From IMG/VR virus record IMGVR_UViG_3300020044_006352, positions 1 through 35,340 of that record: a DNA stretch of 35,340 bases. One strand, written 5' to 3'. Made by a program: the position numbers and the translations under genes. This DNA is from a virus. Taxonomy: Duplodnaviria; Caudoviricetes. Shown here piece by piece: positions 26,648 to 34,582 of this stretch (positions are counted from its first letter, which is position 1; the number at the start of each line of letters is the position of its first letter). The notes under the pieces are model-generated. The model made no database searches and had not been told where the DNA came from. It saw nothing but the letters and a program-made list of their open reading frames with translations.

Positions 26648-28953
26648 TGGCAATCAACCCGATATATCGCGAAGAATGGGTAAAGCCGAATATGTGGCGT
26701 GTGCGCGCTGAGTTCATCGCAGGCGGTGGTGAGCCTGCCAAGTACGGCGATCGCAGCGTGACGACGATGCAAGGGGCATTCAAAGAGGTTGCAGGGCATA
26801 AGGCGTCATTCACGGAGTCGATTCCGTTTGGTGCGGCCGATGGTGAGTCGTGCAAATTCGTTGTGGACTACACAGCAATCCCACTTGGAATGCAGGGCGC
26901 TATCACAGCGCAGAATGCTAGTGTGGATGATTCCTATTTTGCGGCGGCCACGTCAGGCAAGTACCGCACGCCGAAGTACATGCCGCAAAGCATCTACAGC
27001 ACCAAGCCACGGCAGCCGAATCTATTCATGGTATGGAGCGACCGCGGTACGTCGAACGGCATACCCACGGCAATATCCCTCGGTGGCCAGGTCGGCACGC
27101 TAACCGACGGCACGTACACAAACGTGCTGGCAAAGCCGTACCTGCCAAACCCAATGGACACACGTAACGGTGTGGGGCTACAGGTGACATACACCGTAGC
27201 AAGCGGAACCGTGACCACGGTATCAATAGGAGCGGCGGCGGGCACTGGGTTCCAGGTTGGTGATCAGGTGTATGTGGGCAATCTTGCTACCACGTTCGCA
27301 TATTTCACCATCAGCACTGTGCAGGCGTCGACGTGGTATCCTGAGTTCATCGGATGTCAGCGATTATCACCATCTACAAAGTACTCCGCGCAAGTCCGCG
27401 GGCTTGAAATCGAGATCGAGGCCATCGGGCTGCATAAGATATGCCTCGAGGCGATTAGTGACCTGACTACATTTTCAAGGCAGTACGTTGCGACTCTAAC
27501 AGATGATCTCGGTACATCGGAAGTAAACGCAGTCCGCGTCTCAAGTCAATTTATATGGGATTACAGTTATCGCTACAATGGCTGGGGCAGGTCTATGCGA
27601 TCGCAATCACCGCTCATGCACTGGCACGCTCCGCTTGGATCAATCTTTGGCTACTTAGATGCTGCGTTCGACGAGGCATTTGAGTTTTACAGCATGGAAG
27701 GGTATCACAGCACTACCACAAGCTCTACAAACTTGGCGGGAGTGTATCCGGCAACCGGATCAAAGCTGAAACTATTGCAGGCAGCCTTTTCCACGGATAA
27801 CATCAACAACATTGAGCTTGGACAATCAGCCGGTAACTTACACGGTAGCTTAGAGGAAATCTCCAAGATAAGGTTCATTTTTGCTGTTACCGAGCGATTC
27901 AGCAATACGGCCTACTCCGATCCTAACCAATGGGTTGCGGGGCTGTTCACCGATGACGAAAATGGAATCAAAAAAGACTGCGACAGCGCATGGGATCTGT
28001 TCAAGAAGATGTGCGAGCAGTTCTTTCTTAAGATGACGCCTTACTACGAGATTTCTAGCGGGCTATTGAAAGCCAAGTGGAACATGTCCGATCCATACGG
28101 AACCGTTGACACAGCAACGTCCATAACTTACCTTGACACAGCGTCCGAATCTTCATTTGAGGTTAACGCAGGCACGATCGAATCCGTGAAACTTCACTAC
28201 GTTGTAAGTGGCGATGACGTGGATACCTCGGAGGTTACTTCGTTCACGAAGTCAGGTAAGAAGATCGAAATCAACAACATTTTCGACATTCGTGTACGCA
28301 ATTCGGCAGAAGGGTATCTTTTTCCGATTGAGTATGGCGTTGGATATGTGAATCAGAAAATACTTGCGCCATACGCTAACTTGCGCGGGTTGTTTTTTGC
28401 ATCGGACGCGACGGTAAATTTCTTCGGCTCTGTGCAGGGTACAAGTCTTATCGCAATTTGTCCACGTGTGACGATCGAATACACCACAGGATCCACAACA
28501 ACCGTAGTCGATGCCGGCAATAGGTACTATTACACAACCGACACGTCAATACCTAACTATCTCTTTTACGAGCAAAAGGCGATTACAACTCTCGACGCCG
28601 TTAACGTCGCATTACAAGACCTTCAGGCCAATAAGTACAATGGTTTTGGCCCTCATGCTGTGGTTTTGTCCGCCATGTATGGCGTTCCGCTCGATCCTGC
28701 AGATGGTGTGAACGCCAACAGTGTCTATGCGAGCAACAATCAAACATTGTATGAAATGACGCGACCGCTAAGCACGGACGTTCTGCCGAAAATGATCGGA
28801 CAACGTATCGATATAACACCACACACTGCCCTCACAGGCGCGGTATCACCAAAGGCATATCTCGTGGATGTTGAAATTGATTGGACCGCGCGCGACGCAA
28901 ACTCTGATTACGTTAATGCCAAATACCTTACACGATCCATAGGGTTCAACTAA
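26647..28953 (+). CDS. Putative tail tip/hub protein
   Basis: 768 aa at the hub position. Contains an inserted Gly/Thr-rich beta domain. Confidence 0.55.
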   Translation: MAINPIYREEWVKPNMWRVRAEFIAGGGEPAKYGDRSVTTMQGAFKEVAGHKASFTESIPFGAADGESCKFVVDYTAIPLGMQGAITAQNASVDDSYFAAATSGKYRTPKYMPQSIYSTKPRQPNLFMVWSDRGTSNGIPTAISLGGQVGTLTDGTYTNVLAKPYLPNPMDTRNGVGLQVTYTVASGTVTTVSIGAAAGTGFQVGDQVYVGNLATTFAYFTISTVQASTWYPEFIGCQRLSPSTKYSAQVRGLEIEIEAIGLHKICLEAISDLTTFSRQYVATLTDDLGTSEVNAVRVSSQFIWDYSYRYNGWGRSMRSQSPLMHWHAPLGSIFGYLDAAFDEAFEFYSMEGYHSTTTSSTNLAGVYPATGSKLKLLQAAFSTDNINNIELGQSAGNLHGSLEEISKIRFIFAVTERFSNTAYSDPNQWVAGLFTDDENGIKKDCDSAWDLFKKMCEQFFLKMTPYYEISSGLLKAKWNMSDPYGTVDTATSITYLDTASESSFEVNAGTIESVKLHYVVSGDDVDTSEVTSFTKSGKKIEINNIFDIRVRNSAEGYLFPIEYGVGYVNQKILAPYANLRGLFFASDATVNFFGSVQGTSLIAICPRVTIEYTTGSTTTVVDAGNRYYYTTDTSIPNYLFYEQKAITTLDAVNVALQDLQANKYNGFGPHAVVLSAMYGVPLDPADGVNANSVYASNNQTLYEMTRPLSTDVLPKMIGQRIDITPHTALTGAVSPKAYLVDVEIDWTARDANSDYVNAKYLTRSIGFN

Positions 28954-29696
28954 TGCCAGTGACCACACAAATACGCAACAACAGCGTCTCACGTGACGCG
29001 CTCGCAGGGTACGATCCGAATGCCAAGATCAAATCGGCATACGAGCGCATCGGTAATGTCGAGGTTGATCTTAGCGCGCTAAAGAACACGCCATGGAAAC
29101 GTGTTTGGAATATCATCCCTCGATTCATACGCAACTTGCGTACATGGATCATGGCTGAACAGCAGACCGCGCATTTTGGCGGGGCGGGACTGGAGCTATA
29201 CATTACTGAAATCACAGCCCTTGGAACATGGTTTGATCTTCGCCGCGAGTACTTTCAACCTCCGGGCGGTGGCGTAATTTATCCCGTAGCCAACTCGCAC
29301 GTTGACATAAGCAACCGTAGCGGTTCATACACCATTTGGCGCGCACCGCAGGCAGGTGATTACCTTGTGAACGTCTATTTCAAATGCACCACAAGCGCGG
29401 CAGCACATGATGATTACGCAGTTGTGCGGATATCCTACCGTGAGAATGAATCTGCGGCATGGCAGGCGCCAGTTGAGGTTTGCGGTGGTCCGAATCACAC
29501 CGTTAAAGACACGACGCGCATAGAATGCACAGGTAACTATCTTGTGCGCATGCCACGCGGCTCGCAGTTACGGTTTGGAGCTGCACAGACAGGCGTTGCA
29601 GGCGGCACTCCGTCACCGAATGCCATCACGCCGACTACGTTAGAAGTAAGAGTATCAATACAAAAGCAAAAGTTTTATCCAACATTAAAGACCTAA
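28953..29696 (+). CDS. Putative receptor-binding/tail tip protein with C1q/TNF-like jelly-roll
   Basis: WRAPQAGDYLVNVYF...YLVRMPRGSQLRF pattern. Confidence 0.5.
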   Translation: MPVTTQIRNNSVSRDALAGYDPNAKIKSAYERIGNVEVDLSALKNTPWKRVWNIIPRFIRNLRTWIMAEQQTAHFGGAGLELYITEITALGTWFDLRREYFQPPGGGVIYPVANSHVDISNRSGSYTIWRAPQAGDYLVNVYFKCTTSAAAHDDYAVVRISYRENESAAWQAPVEVCGGPNHTVKDTTRIECTGNYLVRMPRGSQLRFGAAQTGVAGGTPSPNAITPTTLEVRVSIQKQKFYPTLKT

Positions 29697-29697
29697 C

Positions 29698-30234
29698 ATG
29701 GCAATCGTAGCAAATAACTCGTACCAAGCAACGGAGCATCAAGTCAACACCGGCGAAACCCGCATGGTAGCAAAGTGGACGTGGAATCTCGACAATTCAT
29801 CACACGCAACAGGCGATGCCCTGTCGCTCGTGGAGACCATCAGCGGCGCGGCGCGTGTGGATGGATTTTCAACAAAGGCGTGCTTTGCGAGAGTAGTATA
29901 TTCAGTCACATCCGGCACACCGGCACCGAAGGATATACATTTCGTACTCATGAGCAAGAGCGGAGTGCCGGCAACGGCGCCAGTCCTATCAACCACGCAA
30001 GTATGGACGCAATCAGACGCTCCGTATGTGCTCGGAGTGTTTAGCGTGGCAACGGCAGACTTCTATGTTACCGACAAGATCGCCGTAGCATCAAAAGAGT
30101 TCAGCATCGACTGCATCAACGAAGACACCACGCCCGGCACGTCTATCTACTGCATGGCTATTGACGGGCAGCACACATGGACGCCTGCGTCGGGCTCGAA
30201 GCTGGAGGTCAGTCTGTGGTTCAAAATGAGTTAA
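29698..30234 (+). CDS. Hypothetical structural protein
   Basis: Beta-rich 178 aa. Last gene before the terminator. Confidence 0.55.
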   Translation: MAIVANNSYQATEHQVNTGETRMVAKWTWNLDNSSHATGDALSLVETISGAARVDGFSTKACFARVVYSVTSGTPAPKDIHFVLMSKSGVPATAPVLSTTQVWTQSDAPYVLGVFSVATADFYVTDKIAVASKEFSIDCINEDTTPGTSIYCMAIDGQHTWTPASGSKLEVSLWFKMS

Positions 30235-30269
30235 GCCCAAAGCGGCGGTAGCTCCTTACTGCTTGCTCT

Positions 30270-30306
30270 AATCGCCGTCCTGCCTGTGGGTCGGCGATTT
30301 TTTTTT
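30270..30306 (+). terminator. Intrinsic terminator ending the late operon
   Basis: AATCGCCG...CGGCGATT stem followed by a T-tract. Confidence 0.8.
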
Positions 30307-30324
30307 GTGGATGTGAAAATATTT

Positions 30325-30356
30325 CTTGCATGGCGTGCAAGGTCTCCGTATGTTTG
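30325..30356 (+). promoter_or_regulatory. Bacteroidota-type promoter P1 with overlapping palindromic operator
   Basis: TTG (30326) - 20 nt - TATGTTTG (30349-30356). CTTGCA-N5-TGCAAG at 30325-30341. Confidence 0.75.
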
Positions 30357-30410
30357 TACCGTGATCGTCACGCAAGACGGCGCATTTCTTAACAAACTTT
30401 TGGAGGATTT

Positions 30411-30620
30411 ATGGCGGTGAATCAATTGTACGCAACGCTGGTAAAGTGGTGGCTCTACACCACCGCAGGCTTTTTGGCCGCCTGCTATATGTGGGCGCTG
30501 CTCAACTATTTCGTGCAGACGTTCGGTTTCACGCTGTTCCTATACGGAACCTATTGGGCGGGGAAGTTCATCGTTGAGGTGGTGGTAAAGAAAACATTTA
30601 TGGGAGGCGAAGATGAGTGA
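30411..30620 (+). CDS. Small membrane protein, first gene after P1
   Basis: GGAGG SD. Hydrophobic 69 aa. Confidence 0.7.
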   Translation: MAVNQLYATLVKWWLYTTAGFLAACYMWALLNYFVQTFGFTLFLYGTYWAGKFIVEVVVKKTFMGGEDE

Positions 30621-30945
30621 GTGGATAACCGACAGGCTGCCGACGGAGGAGGATGCAAGGTGGAAGCCCGCTAATGGAGAAACATATTACGCTGTGCACG
30701 ATTGGCGATGTTCGGACGATTACAATGTAGCTAAATACATTTGGAGCAATAGAAGGATCGATAACATTTGGTATGATTCGTATAGGTGTTTTAAGACAAG
30801 AGAGCAAGCAATACAGGCAACAAAGCGTATTGATAATGCATTGTGGAACTTTGAGCGAGTAAATTATGATGAGTATTTAGAGAGGATGCAAGAGTATGTA
30901 AATGAATCATTACTTAACTATCACAAGGAGCTGAACAATGAGTGA
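30613..30945 (+). CDS. Early protein 1 of the MSEWITxRLP array
   Basis: GGAGG SD. MSEWITDRLP + WKPANGETYY...CFKTREQA + LLNYHKELNNE. Confidence 0.75.
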   Translation: MSEWITDRLPTEEDARWKPANGETYYAVHDWRCSDDYNVAKYIWSNRRIDNIWYDSYRCFKTREQAIQATKRIDNALWNFERVNYDEYLERMQEYVNESLLNYHKELNNE

Positions 30946-31383
30946 GTGGATAACATACAGGCTGCCGAGTGAGGCGGATGCGGATGAAGACCATTGCGTG
31001 TGGTGGACAAATATTGACGGTGAGGTTGTGCTATGCTACTATGAGGATATAAAAACCGGAGAAGTGTGGGCGCCAAAACCGAAGACCGTTGTGCCGAAGC
31101 CCTACGTTAAGCCCAAGCCGCAGCAATGGAAGCCTGAGGATGGGGAACGGTATTATTATGTAACAACGAGAGGAAAACCATCGTGGGGAATTTACAAACA
31201 ATACTATGATGGTAGCGAGGGCAGTTATACATATGAAATGTATTTAAGTGATATGTATGAAAATGGCAATTGTTTCCAAACCCGAGAACAAGCCATCGAA
31301 GCCGCACGACGTGTGCGTGAACTTTTACTTAACTATCATAAGGAGTTGAACAATGAGTGATTGGATAACAGACAGGCTGCCGA
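30910..31383 (+). repeat. 59-bp direct repeats spanning gene junctions (30910-30968 and 31325-31383); partial third copy at 30613-30643
   Basis: TTACTTAACTATCAYAAGGAGYTGAACAATGAGTGAKTGGATAACAKACAGGCTGCCGA, 4 mismatches between the two full copies. Confidence 0.9.
30938..31360 (+). CDS. Early protein 2 of the MSEWITxRLP array
   Basis: AAGGAG SD. MSEWITYRLP + WKPEDGERYY...GNCFQTREQA + LLNYHKELNNE. Confidence 0.75.
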   Translation: MSEWITYRLPSEADADEDHCVWWTNIDGEVVLCYYEDIKTGEVWAPKPKTVVPKPYVKPKPQQWKPEDGERYYYVTTRGKPSWGIYKQYYDGSEGSYTYEMYLSDMYENGNCFQTREQAIEAARRVRELLLNYHKELNNE

Positions 31384-31916
31384 AATACGAAGATGGACTT
31401 ATAGGTCTTGTGTGGTATCAGGAAATAAACGGCACGCCACATTTAAGAAGACGTAATGAAGTTAAACTTGGTATGCCTTGGATGCCAATCAAAGAACCCG
31501 AGCCTTACAAACCCGAGCCGAAGCGGTGGAAGCCAAGAGATATGGAGCGTTTCGGTTTACTTTGGATGCCAGTAAAAGAACCCGCGTTATACGTCAAGCC
31601 ACAAAAGGTATATCAGGTCTTGGATGGCGAGTATGAGGACGAATACACGGTAGGCATTTTTTCAACGTGGGCGAAAGCGTACGATTGCGCTATAAAGGCA
31701 AATAATTGCTGGCCATCGACATATATTGATGTTTGGATCATTGATGGCGGTAGTCATAAGCCGCCATACGATAGACAGGGATTGTGCATAGTAAGGATGA
31801 CAGAAAACGAATTAGGGAAGTTGGTCCGCTGGGTTAACCCCGAATACTCCGCAGACGTTGACCCAACAGATACAATAACAAACACAGGAGACAACAATGA
31901 CCAAATGGAAAGCTAA
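31353..31916 (+). CDS. Early protein 3 of the MSEWITxRLP array
   Basis: AAGGAG SD. MSDWITDRLP, duplicated WMP(I/V)KEP, then a different domain VYQV..GEYED..VGIFST..KA. Confidence 0.75.
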   Translation: MSDWITDRLPKYEDGLIGLVWYQEINGTPHLRRRNEVKLGMPWMPIKEPEPYKPEPKRWKPRDMERFGLLWMPVKEPALYVKPQKVYQVLDGEYEDEYTVGIFSTWAKAYDCAIKANNCWPSTYIDVWIIDGGSHKPPYDRQGLCIVRMTENELGKLVRWVNPEYSADVDPTDTITNTGDNNDQMES

Positions 31917-32079
31917 GATGTGGAAGTCCATCCGTGGTAAGCGCAAGAAACGGCAAATGTCCATGCGAGCGCTCGCGCAAATGGCGGGATGCTCCGAGGC
32001 ACAGATAAGCCGTATCGAGCGCGGACTTGTGACGGCAAACCCGGCAATAATGGATAGAATACATGAGGTGCTCGGATGA
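31897..32079 (+). CDS. XRE/Cro-family helix-turn-helix regulator
   Basis: IRGKRKKRQMSMRALAQMAGCSEAQISRIERG. AGGAG SD. Confidence 0.88.
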   Translation: MTKWKAKMWKSIRGKRKKRQMSMRALAQMAGCSEAQISRIERGLVTANPAIMDRIHEVLG

Positions 32080-32270
32080 TGAGCAATACCGCCACGCAGA
32101 CGCCAAGCGGTCGTAGCTGCGAAAACTGCAAACACTGGAGCGACCCGACAACAAACAAAGGCTGGAAATGGTGTAATCGCCTGCGCACCTACAGCCCATA
32201 TTTTTTCCATTGTCAGGCGTATGTATCAATTCAAATATCTAAGGAGCAACAACATGATGAGCTGGATTAA
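32076..32270 (+). CDS. Small Cys-rich metal-binding protein
   Basis: CENCKHW...C...C. ATGA overlap with the upstream gene. Confidence 0.6.
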   Translation: MMSNTATQTPSGRSCENCKHWSDPTTNKGWKWCNRLRTYSPYFFHCQAYVSIQISKEQQHDELD

Positions 32271-32877
32271 GGGCCTCTTCGGCCGCCCTACAAAGTCCGA
32301 GGTTATTCGCGAAACCATCTTGACACTGGCAAAGGATAGGACATTACTCGAAAGCGCGCTAAGCCTGTCGGATGAAATCGAAAAATCAAGCCAACAAAGC
32401 ATTCGTATACAAGCCGGTCGAGAGATTAACTTCCATCCTGTAACTGGGGATGTAAAGGCGCCCGGAATGACGCTCGCAGCTTACAATGATCTATGTAAAC
32501 GCGAAGAGGAAGAAGGCCGCAAGACAAAGCGCCGCGTGTATCAACGTCAGTATCGCATGCGCAAGAAGCAAGAGCAGAAAGGTAAGCCCGCTCCTGTCAC
32601 TGTTCTTGGTTTTTGTGTAGATGCTACGCCGCGCATTGCGGAGCTTGCATCACAAGGTATGAAGCAGCACGCTATTGCTCGTACATTGCGTCGTGATGGT
32701 TTTTTGTATGAAAGTAAGAATAGTGGCGGGGCCAAACCCTTCCAGAAAATTCATGTCGCGTATTTGATAAACGGCAGGACTGTATACAACGCACAAAAGA
32801 AAATGTATGTTAGTTCAGATCGCTACCTACAATACCAACGAGATATTAAGGTACGACAGAAAGGCCACAAGAAATGA
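32254..32877 (+). CDS. DNA-binding protein with a serine-recombinase-type C-terminal domain
   Basis: AAGGAG SD before ATG 32254. Basic helix, then IAELASQGMKQHAIARTLRRDGF...GG.KPF...HV.YLI. Confidence 0.55.
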   Translation: MMSWIKGLFGRPTKSEVIRETILTLAKDRTLLESALSLSDEIEKSSQQSIRIQAGREINFHPVTGDVKAPGMTLAAYNDLCKREEEEGRKTKRRVYQRQYRMRKKQEQKGKPAPVTVLGFCVDATPRIAELASQGMKQHAIARTLRRDGFLYESKNSGGAKPFQKIHVAYLINGRTVYNAQKKMYVSSDRYLQYQRDIKVRQKGHKK

Positions 32878-33035
32878 CACACAACCTACAACGCAGCTTC
32901 GCATACACGGCAGCGAGCGCGATCCTGTTCCTACTCAAGTGCGCTTTTTTTGCCGTGGCAATACTCGCACTACACGCAGGTGGGTACTTCATCGCGTCAT
33001 TAGTTGTTAAGTTTATTTTCCCGGAGGCACAATGA
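32874..33035 (+). CDS. Small membrane protein (53 aa), not in the supplied ORF track
   Basis: Manual translation MTHNLQRSFAYTAASAILFLLKCAFFAVAILALHAGGYFIASLVVKFIFPEAQ. ATGA overlaps at both ends. Confidence 0.75.
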   Translation: MTHNLQRSFAYTAASAILFLLKCAFFAVAILALHAGGYFIASLVVKFIFPEAQ

Positions 33036-33451
33036 GAGGGTTTGTTGTGGAGCGTGGCAAGACGTTCTACTCAATTCGGTACCGGATAACCTCCGGGGTC
33101 GGCCCGATCGGATGGGTAGTGGTTCCTATTAAAGGTCAGTCGCATGCAGCATTACGAGAGACCATCCGAGCCGGCAACGCGTACCGAACAGAGGAAGAAG
33201 CTACGCTCCGAATGCAGGCGATCCGCAAGATCATGCAGAGCAACCCGGAGAATATGGACTACATCGGAGGCGAAAAAGCACGCGGCACGGTTTACTATAT
33301 CACTCACTATGCAGGCAAGATCGTTGTCCAAGTTATTCGGAACCGCTACGAATCAGGCTACCTGCGTTCACAGCATAACTTCTTCACAACGTATGAGACC
33401 GCGGCGGCTTTTGCGGAAATGGTTCAGAAGTGTATAACAAAAGAGTTGTAA
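33032..33451 (+). CDS. Early protein with two tandem copies of the G..YY.I...N.(F/Y).T.E.A domain
   Basis: GGAGG SD. GKTFYSI...GNAYRTEEEA and GTVYYI...HNFFTTYETA. Confidence 0.7.
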   Translation: MRGFVVERGKTFYSIRYRITSGVGPIGWVVVPIKGQSHAALRETIRAGNAYRTEEEATLRMQAIRKIMQSNPENMDYIGGEKARGTVYYITHYAGKIVVQVIRNRYESGYLRSQHNFFTTYETAAAFAEMVQKCITKEL

Positions 33452-33467
33452 TTATTTTCAAATAATA

Positions 33468-33499
33468 CTTGCATCGTATGCAAGATGTCCGTATCTTTG
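33468..33499 (+). promoter_or_regulatory. Bacteroidota-type promoter P2 with overlapping palindromic operator
   Basis: TTG (33469) - 20 nt - TATCTTTG (33492-33499). CTTGCAT-cgt-ATGCAAG at 33468-33484. Confidence 0.78.
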
Positions 33500-33546
33500 T
33501 ACAGCCGTTAACCACGGCAAATTTCTCAACTAACTTTGGAGGTCTT

Positions 33547-33783
33547 ATGGCAAACGAATTGCCATTTAGGGAAGCAGTCGCCGAGCATCTGCAGGCGATA
33601 ATGTTTGAGGCGGCAAAGCGCGCCAACAAACATGATAAACTCAGTCAGTCGCAGTTACGTGATGCACTCATCATGGCTGTTGACCAATTTGCTACGAACG
33701 CGGCAACGTTTAACTCGCTCAATATCCTGCTTGATAAGTGGGAAACATTCGGCAAGCAAGGAGGCTCGTATGCAAAATTTTAG
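33547..33783 (+). CDS. Hypothetical protein (78 aa), first gene after P2
   Basis: GGAGG SD before ATG 33547. Confidence 0.65.
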   Translation: MANELPFREAVAEHLQAIMFEAAKRANKHDKLSQSQLRDALIMAVDQFATNAATFNSLNILLDKWETFGKQGGSYAKF

Positions 33784-34582
33784 TCTTGATGTTGAACAAG
33801 TCGCGGCGCTCCAAACTCAGGAGCGCTACGCACACCTGCCGCAGCTCTTCCGCCTTGATCAATCGGCAGGGCGCCACTATTACACGGTCGACCCAAAGCG
33901 CGATCCGGCAATCATGTACTATCCGTCATGGACGACGGTGATAAAGCGCATCTGTGGCACGTCCGAACATCTTGTAAAGTGGACGGCAGAAATGGGCTAC
34001 GATGAAGCAAAGCGCTACATGAATGACCGCGCGGATTACGGCACTTGCCTGCATATTATTTTGGCTGAGCTTATGACACAGCGCTCGTTTGACTTAGGCC
34101 TTATCAAAGCCAAGGCAGGCGCGTATCTTTTGCGTCAAAACAAGCCAACCGCGGTGGTGGATGTTTGGGCGCAGGATCTTGAAAAAGACGTGCTCGCATT
34201 TGCTCAGTTCGTGGCAGATAAGGAAGTCGAGATCGAGGCCGTGGAAATTCCGATGGTGTCCGAGCAGATGGGCATTGCCGGTACGATTGATATTGTGTGC
34301 ACACTCAAGTTTGGCAAGTCCCGCGTGCGCGCTATCGTGGATATTAAGTCAGGCCGCAAGGGCTTTTACAGCGAACATAAGTATCAACTGCATGGCTACA
34401 TGGCCATGCACAACGAGAATGTTGCCGATGAATCAGATCACGTTTCGATGGTATTTAATTGGTCGCCGAAGGATTGGCAGAAAGCACCAACCTACAACTT
34501 CGAGAATCAGACCGAAGCGCTGGAAGGCACTGCCCTTTCAGGACTCGTACACCAACACAAAGCGCTCTATCCCGAGCCTTAA
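33770..34582 (+). CDS. PD-(D/E)XK (RecB/Cas4-like) exonuclease, C-terminally truncated at the inversion junction
   Basis: AAGGAGG SD. YPSWTTVI, GTCLH, AGTIDIV, DIKSG and QL.GY. Lacks the 38 C-terminal residues encoded at 494-610. Confidence 0.85.
   Translation: MQNFSLDVEQVAALQTQERYAHLPQLFRLDQSAGRHYYTVDPKRDPAIMYYPSWTTVIKRICGTSEHLVKWTAEMGYDEAKRYMNDRADYGTCLHIILAELMTQRSFDLGLIKAKAGAYLLRQNKPTAVVDVWAQDLEKDVLAFAQFVADKEVEIEAVEIPMVSEQMGIAGTIDIVCTLKFGKSRVRAIVDIKSGRKGFYSEHKYQLHGYMAMHNENVADESDHVSMVFNWSPKDWQKAPTYNFENQTEALEGTALSGLVHQHKALYPEP
34087..34579 (+). repeat. Diverged direct repeat of 1-493 (terminal overlap from a second haplotype)
   Basis: Manual alignment: about 38 substitutions in 493 nt, no indels, nearly all at third codon positions. 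Confidence 0.95.

Larger units (their letters stand above)
1..34086 (+). mobile_element. Near-complete or complete tailed phage genome (siphovirus-like, HK97-type head), circularly permuted
   Basis: Terminase, portal, protease, capsid, neck, tail tube, tape measure, endolysin and primase are all on the + strand. No sheath gene is seen. Positions 1-493 recur at 34087-34579. Confidence 0.95.

Noticed and set aside
33770-34582. Cas4 of a CRISPR system
   Set aside because: No Fe-S cysteine cluster pattern, no array and no other cas genes. It is an ordinary phage exonuclease in a replication module.
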